DNA of 13,018 nt from Candidatus Hermodarchaeota archaeon (GTDB lineage: Archaea; Asgardarchaeota; Hermodarchaeia; Hermodarchaeales; Hermodarchaeaceae): the NCBI GenBank assembly GCA_016840065.1, contig JAEOTB010000120.1:1-13018 (forward strand). Reading direction: 5' to 3'. Both the position numbers and the translations under genes were made by a program. The notes under the pieces were generated by a model that searched no databases, was not told where the DNA came from, and saw only the letters and a program-made list of their open reading frames with translations. The stretch's first letter is position 1, and each line of letters begins with the position of its first letter. Positions 7,968 to 13,018 of the stretch are shown here, piece after piece.

Positions 7968-8864
7968 TCATGAACTTGTGGTGCTGGGTGTTTCTTCTTG
8001 TGTTCTTTCTAACCCGTATTTCGTCGAAACTAGTATCACTATGCTTATGATGCATCCCAGGACAAGGAAAAGGGAGGCTACTCCTAAGAGGAGAACCATA
8101 ACTCCCCTGAACCAGATGGCAAACTCTATTGGTCCAGGTGCGATGATAAAATCACTGGCAAGGCCTGTGATACTGGAGAAGAAGAACATGAGGGCTGAGA
8201 TACTTAGCAAGATTTTCGTAGTACGGGTTAGCCATTCATTAATATCGAAAAGACTTACTTCTCCAATTGCAGAAGACCAAAGCTCAAGGACTACTCCAAA
8301 GGCTGCGATGCCAATATCTCTGATGACAAGGTGAATAAAACTCACATTCATTCCGAGTAGGATTTCACCCAGCATCAGCCACCAACTGAGTATCAAAGTA
8401 CCAAAGAAGGCCACTAAGCTACTTCTTAACCCGTAGTTCCACCAGTAGCCAAAGAACCCGATTCCAGCGATAACACATGTAACAAGAAGATATGCCGAAC
8501 AGAAGATGTTGGTTGACTGGTAACCACCTAACCAGAACGAAACAAATTGAAAGTACGTGTAGATGCTTAAGGCAAGCACAAGGAATATCATACCTATTGC
8601 AGCTATGATGAAGAAGAGACGGAAAGGCCTCCTTGTCGATCGGGGAACCCTTACTTGGCGCGGAGCCCTAATCCTACGTGGCGGCCTTGTACGTGGGAGA
8701 GGACCGGGGGGAAGGGGAGGACTTGGTTGCATCTTTCCTCCTTCGAGGCAGGATTTACAGTAGGTGATACCCTGCACTGCGATTCGACATTCTTTACAGA
8801 CACCAGACCCGCAGCTAACACATGCACCTATTGCTTCTTTTCTATGATGCTTAGCACATTTCAA
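7968..8864 (-). CDS. B-box-like zinc finger membrane protein (paralog B, about 6 TM, most divergent)
   Basis: Same N-terminal finger (MKCAKH...CVSC...CKEC...CKSC), PSPPLPPGPLP plus Arg-rich linker, GFFGYWWNYG matching the paralogs. GAGGTGA precedes the TTG start. Confidence 0.85.
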   Translation of the reverse strand: MKCAKHHRKEAIGACVSCGSGVCKECRIAVQGITYCKSCLEGGKMQPSPPLPPGPLPRTRPPRRIRAPRQVRVPRSTRRPFRLFFIIAAIGMIFLVLALSIYTYFQFVSFWLGGYQSTNIFCSAYLLVTCVIAGIGFFGYWWNYGLRSSLVAFFGTLILSWWLMLGEILLGMNVSFIHLVIRDIGIAAFGVVLELWSSAIGEVSLFDINEWLTRTTKILLSISALMFFFSSITGLASDFIIAPGPIEFAIWFRGVMVLLLGVASLFLVLGCIISIVILVSTKYGLERTQEETPSTTSS

Positions 8865-8910
8865 CCAATCACCTCAACAATCAGGTAATATCTTACTCCT
8901 CATCTACTCC

Positions 8911-9759
8911 TCAGTAGACGAATTCTTCTGGAATCCTTGAGGTCGCCAGAGAAATCATCCAGAGGATGCCAGCGGGGATGAGCAGAATTGAGCCGACTGG
9001 GTAGAGAAAGATGGAACACCAGAAGCTTCCAGCGATGATGAAGATGATACCTGAAGCGATGGGGAGCCCGGCTTTCCCAGTATATTTACGAACGACGATC
9101 AGTGCGCAACCCCAGAGTATGAACAACACTCCGATTAGCGCAGACCCAACGATGTACAGTGCTATGTAGTGAAGGTAGAGTGGACCTGGCATCCAGTATG
9201 TGTAGTAGTATGTAGTGTAGGGAACGAAGACCAACCCAGTGGTTAAGAGAAGCTTGGATATCAGAAGGAACCAGGGGAAGATAAGGGAGATGATGAAGGT
9301 TGCCAGGCTCATTGTTGAGCCATAGTTTCTCCTGTAGCCATAGAATGCAATCGAGGCTACAACTATTGACGAGCACACCAGAATTAATGAAATCATGTAG
9401 ACAGGGGTTGGGATTGGTGGTATGAGAAACCAAGGGGTGAAGAACCCTGTGGTGTCATTAATCCAGTTCACCATCCCGACGGACATGAGTAATAGCATCC
9501 CGATGAAACCCATGATGAAGAAACCCCTTGTCGGTGGTCCAACTGGTTTTGGCTCAGGGGACACGCTTCGTATCGTGGGGGCGTATACATCATGTGTTCT
9601 TGTAGGAGTTGCGCGTGGTTCAAAGGCTCTTCCAGCCTCAACGCATGCTTTGCAGTGGGTTCTGCCCATAACGTTGATCTCACAATCCCGGCAAACACCG
9701 ATACCGCAAGAAACGCAAACTCCCACCGCGTCTGAAGTGGTATGTTTAGCACATTTCAA
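8911..9759 (-). CDS. B-box-like zinc finger membrane protein (paralog C, about 6 TM)
   Basis: Start reassigned to TTG 9759 (MKCAKH) by paralogy and upstream GGAGGA. TM domain closely matches paralog A (RRNYGST.LAT.IISL, ILWGC, GSFWCS). Confidence 0.85.
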   Translation of the reverse strand: MKCAKHTTSDAVGVCVSCGIGVCRDCEINVMGRTHCKACVEAGRAFEPRATPTRTHDVYAPTIRSVSPEPKPVGPPTRGFFIMGFIGMLLLMSVGMVNWINDTTGFFTPWFLIPPIPTPVYMISLILVCSSIVVASIAFYGYRRNYGSTMSLATFIISLIFPWFLLISKLLLTTGLVFVPYTTYYYTYWMPGPLYLHYIALYIVGSALIGVLFILWGCALIVVRKYTGKAGLPIASGIIFIIAGSFWCSIFLYPVGSILLIPAGILWMISLATSRIPEEFVY

Positions 9760-9918
9760 GAAACATTCCTCCAATTGATCTGGACTCAATACTCTCACCG
9801 TACTTTTTAAGTGAATTGGATTCGGACTATCCCCCGACGAGAAGTTGTATAACTTGATAGTTAGAAAAGAAGTTACAAATTTTATAAACAAACCTAGCTA
9901 TTCTTTCTGAGTGATAAA

Positions 9919-10140
9919 ATGATTCGTGATGACTGGGGACCAGATAAGGACAATGATGGAGTTGGTCTAAGGTCGCCAGAGACCATTGTCAGACCTAGCG
10001 ACAAATGTGAAATCTGTCGCCAGCGAAATGCAGTCACGCGATGCTTCTATTGTAAGAGTCAGCTCTGTGATTCGTGCATCCGTTGGGATGTTAGCTGGGG
10101 GGACCGGCGTCCCACCTGCGGCAATTGCATAATTCCTTAA
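9919..10140 (+). CDS. Small stand-alone B-box-like (8-Cys) zinc finger protein
   Basis: CEIC-x8-CFYC-x4-CDSC-x13-CGNC, with the same x8/x4 spacing as the adjacent membrane paralogs. TTTATAAA at 9881-9888, about 30 nt upstream. Confidence 0.75.
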   Translation: MIRDDWGPDKDNDGVGLRSPETIVRPSDKCEICRQRNAVTRCFYCKSQLCDSCIRWDVSWGDRRPTCGNCIIP

Positions 10141-10291
10141 TAGTAAAACTCTCCATTCTAGGAAGAAGGGTGTTGGGGAAGAGGGTATCACCGCTAAAAA
10201 TTAGCTAGGCTATTGAGACACCATTGACAATAACAAATATAGATGATAGATATGAAGAGTATATTGGAAATCCGGCTATTCGGGTGGGAAG

Positions 10292-10864
10292 ATGAAAATC
10301 AATTGGCCCAAAGCATGCGTAGCATGTGGTATTAGTAAAGACAGGTCTCCGCTCACGCCACACTATTATCCCTTCAAACATTCGCAACAGATTGGTGGAG
10401 GTCCCTCCCTCTATCTATGCCCCTCTTGCCATTCAAAGGCTAGAAAACGATACATCATCGGTTCTTTGTTCTTTATTCTTAACACAGTTTTTGCAATACC
10501 TGTTACAGTTTTTTTCTACTGGGCAACCATTGGCTTGATGAATGTACTCGGAGCATATCTTAGTGAACTAGAAGCCTCGCACTTATTAACATCCTCTCTA
10601 AATCAACAGGTCCTGATAAGTAACGGGTTGTTTCTAGGATTCTCACTCTATGCTCTCCTCTTTCTGAGTCTGGGGATCTTATGGATTGTTTTCAAGCGCC
10701 ATTTGTCAAAGCAATTCCTAAAAATCGAAGTGGGTAAACTTGAAAAGGAGCTAGCTGATTTAAAGCCAGTAAAAGAAGGTTCATTCTTTACGAAGTTTCA
10801 ATCCAAGGTTCGCTTATATGGCGAACTCTTTCGAGAAGCTAATCCGTGGTTGGGGCTACCATAA
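10292..10864 (+). CDS. Membrane protein with N-terminal CxxC...CxxC zinc-binding motif and 2 TM helices
   Basis: WPKACVACG...LCPSC, then two hydrophobic segments and a C-terminal FREANP. Confidence 0.75.
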   Translation: MKINWPKACVACGISKDRSPLTPHYYPFKHSQQIGGGPSLYLCPSCHSKARKRYIIGSLFFILNTVFAIPVTVFFYWATIGLMNVLGAYLSELEASHLLTSSLNQQVLISNGLFLGFSLYALLFLSLGILWIVFKRHLSKQFLKIEVGKLEKELADLKPVKEGSFFTKFQSKVRLYGELFREANPWLGLP

Positions 10865-10875
10865 GAACCTGAAGA

Positions 10876-11802
10876 TTAGACGCTTCTCCTTGCAGTGTTC
10901 TTATTATCCTTTGGATTAAATTGTGGCATACCTAGGGGTTGTCCTTTTGATGATTCTATTTCGTCACCCTTTTGTGGAAACCCATATTTCGCAACTACTC
11001 GGTAGTGAGCTATATCACTCCTAGGCATTTCGATGACCACCCCAGCGGCGGGGTCAGCATCCTTGAAGTCTTCCCAGTTATTTTTCAGGTAAATCCCAGC
11101 GGCGAGTGTTCCGGCGGCGTGGGCTCCGAATACTAAGAAAAAGTAAGCGCCAGATGTACGGTAGTTGGGAACCCTCAGTATCATACTGTACTGCCAGTCA
11201 CCTGAGGAATCATAGAGAAGACCCTTTCTCTTGTCAAGGATACCAGTTCGAGCGGGGTGGTCAGCTGTTTCTTTCTGGTCGATGAAATCAAGGTGGGGCT
11301 GCTTTACAAGTTCCAGTACACTCCGTGCCCGAAGATTGACTAATGGAGACCCTATCATTATCACCGTTTTTCCTGTGATTTCTAGGCTCCTATCGTTATC
11401 CAGTGTGAAGTTTACAGGTGTGGGAAAGAATTCAGCAAGGATGGAGGCTACATGGGCTGTAGCGTCTAGGTCATCGAAGGCTACCGTGTCGTCGGGACCA
11501 TAGAATGCTTCAGTCGTCGCGTCAAAGCCTATCTTTTCAAAACGAGTATCATCTCTGGAGGCTTCTTTCACTTTCCAGAGTGGTAGTGAGAAGATTATGT
11601 TCTCGGGGTTCTCGGCGATTTGTCCAAAGACCTTGCGGAAGGTTCTGAACTTGAGTTGTTTTCGGATTTTGTTGATGAACCAGCCTAGAAAGAAAGTGAG
11701 TATGGGAAAGATGATTATCTCTATCATAGCAATGAAGACAGTGGTCGGATCTATTGGCCCGCCATTCTGTAACGCTACACTATGCATTGTTGTCACGCAC
11801 AC
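10876..11802 (-). CDS. Hypothetical protein with N-terminal TM anchor and alpha/beta domain (IGSPxxN ... GTxAA motifs)
   Basis: Hydrophobic VFIAMIEIIIFPILTFFLGWFI followed by basic NKIRKQLKFR. Motifs VIMIGSPLVN and LVFGAHAAGTLAA. Start uncertain (11802 or 11787). Confidence 0.7.
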   Translation of the reverse strand: MCVTTMHSVALQNGGPIDPTTVFIAMIEIIIFPILTFFLGWFINKIRKQLKFRTFRKVFGQIAENPENIIFSLPLWKVKEASRDDTRFEKIGFDATTEAFYGPDDTVAFDDLDATAHVASILAEFFPTPVNFTLDNDRSLEITGKTVIMIGSPLVNLRARSVLELVKQPHLDFIDQKETADHPARTGILDKRKGLLYDSSGDWQYSMILRVPNYRTSGAYFFLVFGAHAAGTLAAGIYLKNNWEDFKDADPAAGVVIEMPRSDIAHYRVVAKYGFPQKGDEIESSKGQPLGMPQFNPKDNKNTARRSV

Positions 11803-11816
11803 AATTCTCTAAATGC

Positions 11817-12704
11817 TCATTTCCTTCGGAGCTGGATGAACAAGTCACCTAACGGTAATACTGGGCTGTCAGGGTCCTTGTGAATAGAATATATTGCGCA
11901 TTTTTCCACCCGGAAGAAAGGCTGGATTATCTTGGAAATCGTGGGTGGTGGGGCTTCCAACCATAAGGGAAGTTTGATCTTTAGGGGATTGGGGAATTCT
12001 GGGATAAAGAAGGAGCGAACTGGTAATAGTCCTGGTTCTGGTGTTTTAGCTGCTTGGTTGAATTCTTCTAGTGTTAAGTAGCGACGGAAGCCTTGGTCAC
12101 TTGGAGATTTCTCCATGGCGACAAGGTGAGTGAAGTCCTCCTTTCCTGACCACGCCCCTACTTGGGGGTTTTCCTTGAATGCTGAACCGATTACTGGTAT
12201 TGCGAGTCCACATCGTCCGTTCTTGTCAAGGATTCGGTGAAAACCTTTGATGATTCGAAGAGTCTGCTTCTCTGAGACATGACCAAGTACCTGTGAGCAA
12301 AGAACTACATCAGCCTTGAGCTGTTCTGGTGCATTCTCAAGGATTTCAATTCCACCGCAGGTGACATAGCTTCTGAGGAACTGCAAACGGTATTCTGCGA
12401 CTTGTTCGGCCCACTTTGCCCTCTTACAATCGGGATCTAAACCTATGAGTAGGTTCCTTCGTTGCTTGGGACCGTCGAAGAGAAAGAAATGTGCACCAGT
12501 TCCGCAACCGAAATCAATGGCAACCTGCCAAGGATCTTCCAGCATCTTGCCAATCAGTGATTGCTCCAGTTTGTGCTTGTTAGGGTCTTGTTGCTGGAGC
12601 CGTATGTTTGTAGATTCGTCGCTCACAGGATATTCGTAGGGTGTCTTTCCCCTTCTGTCGTTTGATTCTAGCAGACTTAGATATTTCAGCCACTTACTAG
12701 GCAA
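11817..12704 (-). CDS. Class I SAM-dependent methyltransferase
   Basis: Motif I AIDFGCGTG, LIGLDPD, ADVVLCSQVLGHV and RILDKNG. TTG start. Confidence 0.88.
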   Translation of the reverse strand: MPSKWLKYLSLLESNDRRGKTPYEYPVSDESTNIRLQQQDPNKHKLEQSLIGKMLEDPWQVAIDFGCGTGAHFFLFDGPKQRRNLLIGLDPDCKRAKWAEQVAEYRLQFLRSYVTCGGIEILENAPEQLKADVVLCSQVLGHVSEKQTLRIIKGFHRILDKNGRCGLAIPVIGSAFKENPQVGAWSGKEDFTHLVAMEKSPSDQGFRRYLTLEEFNQAAKTPEPGLLPVRSFFIPEFPNPLKIKLPLWLEAPPPTISKIIQPFFRVEKCAIYSIHKDPDSPVLPLGDLFIQLRRK

Positions 12705-12815
12705 TGCTCAACACAATTTATCCTTCAGGGCTGAGAACAAAGGTGTTTTGGTCTCTTGACGAGGAATAATGAAAAACGGAAAGACTATATCATAAGTTCC
12801 TCCTAATTCTTGGTC

Positions 12816-13018
12816 ATGAAACCTGAAGGATATCCTGGTGGTTCACCCTTCCCTCCAGGAAAGGAACCAAAGCTAGCAGGTGTAATCAAAATCCTTGTCG
12901 CTGCTGGGGGCGAAATTGAATGGACTCAAGTCAGCATGACACCTACAGATCCATTAACTAGTCAGCCAATCCAGGTCTCCTGTAAGGGCTGTGAATTTGG
13001 AATGATTGGCCCCGAGGC
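12816..13018 (+). CDS. Hypothetical protein, 5' part, truncated by window end
   Basis: My translation from ATG 12816 is open to the end: MKPEGYPGGSPFPPGKEPKLAGVIKILVAAGGEIEWTQVSMTPTDPLTSQPIQVSCKGCEFGMIGPE. A purine-rich element plus TATAT lies about 30 nt upstream. Not in the ORF track because it has no stop. Confidence 0.55.
   Translation, partial: MKPEGYPGGSPFPPGKEPKLAGVIKILVAAGGEIEWTQVSMTPTDPLTSQPIQVSCKGCEFGMIGPE

Noticed and set aside
7320-9225. Tyr-rich loops as targets of a diversity-generating retroelement
   Set aside because: No reverse transcriptase and no template/variable repeat pair differing only at adenines is visible in the window.
7758-9778. Plus-strand ORFs 7758..7946, 7909..8334, 8563..8763, 8655..8888 and 9422..9778, some resembling each other (e.g. 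CLAHFK)
   Set aside because: Antisense shadows of the three paralogous minus-strand genes; their similarity follows from the paralogy.
9760-9891. N-terminal 44-aa extension of the 326-aa ORF
   Set aside because: Paralogs begin at MKCAKH. TTG 9759 has a GGAGGA upstream, and the extension overlaps promoter-like AT-rich sequence.
329-12639. Remaining short overlapping ORFs in the track (e.g. 329..520, 1472..1741, 2841..3068, 3512..3775, 5564..5848, 6825..7028, 9967..10191, 11231..11503, 12445..12639)
   Set aside because: They overlap better-supported genes in another frame or strand and show no family motifs.
1-13018. CRISPR array, tRNA/rRNA, transposase or integrase, selenoprotein read-through
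   Set aside because: No regularly spaced repeats, cloverleaf or recombinase motifs seen; recognised genes appear complete without in-frame TGA.

Overview
Archaeal genomic window, most likely from an Asgard archaeon (inferred from a Rab-like small GTPase, a stand-alone RING-type protein, many zinc-ribbon proteins, archaemetzincin, TATA/BRE-like promoters and frequent TTG starts). The left half (1-6.6 kb) holds mixed housekeeping and accessory genes: archaemetzincin 3' end, DUF72, an NTF2-like hypothetical, a PH-like/zinc-ribbon protein, a Rab-like GTPase, a GNAT, a creatininase-family enzyme, a small Arg-rich/acidic bipolar protein, AlaX and a PNPOx-like flavin-binding protein. The most striking region is a zinc-finger cluster at 6775-10864. 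It contains a zinc-ribbon+RING protein, three tandem paralogous membrane proteins (N-terminal B-box-like finger, Pro-rich linker, about 6 TM helices, variable outer loops), a stand-alone B-box-like protein and a CxxC/2-TM protein. This may be a split, membrane-anchored TRIM/MARCH-like ubiquitin-ligase/receptor module (hypothesis). The right end has a SAM methyltransferase next to a TM-anchored protein of unknown function, plus a truncated ORF. Two intergenic regions show RNA-like stem structure. No rRNA, tRNA, CRISPR array or mobile element was recognised.
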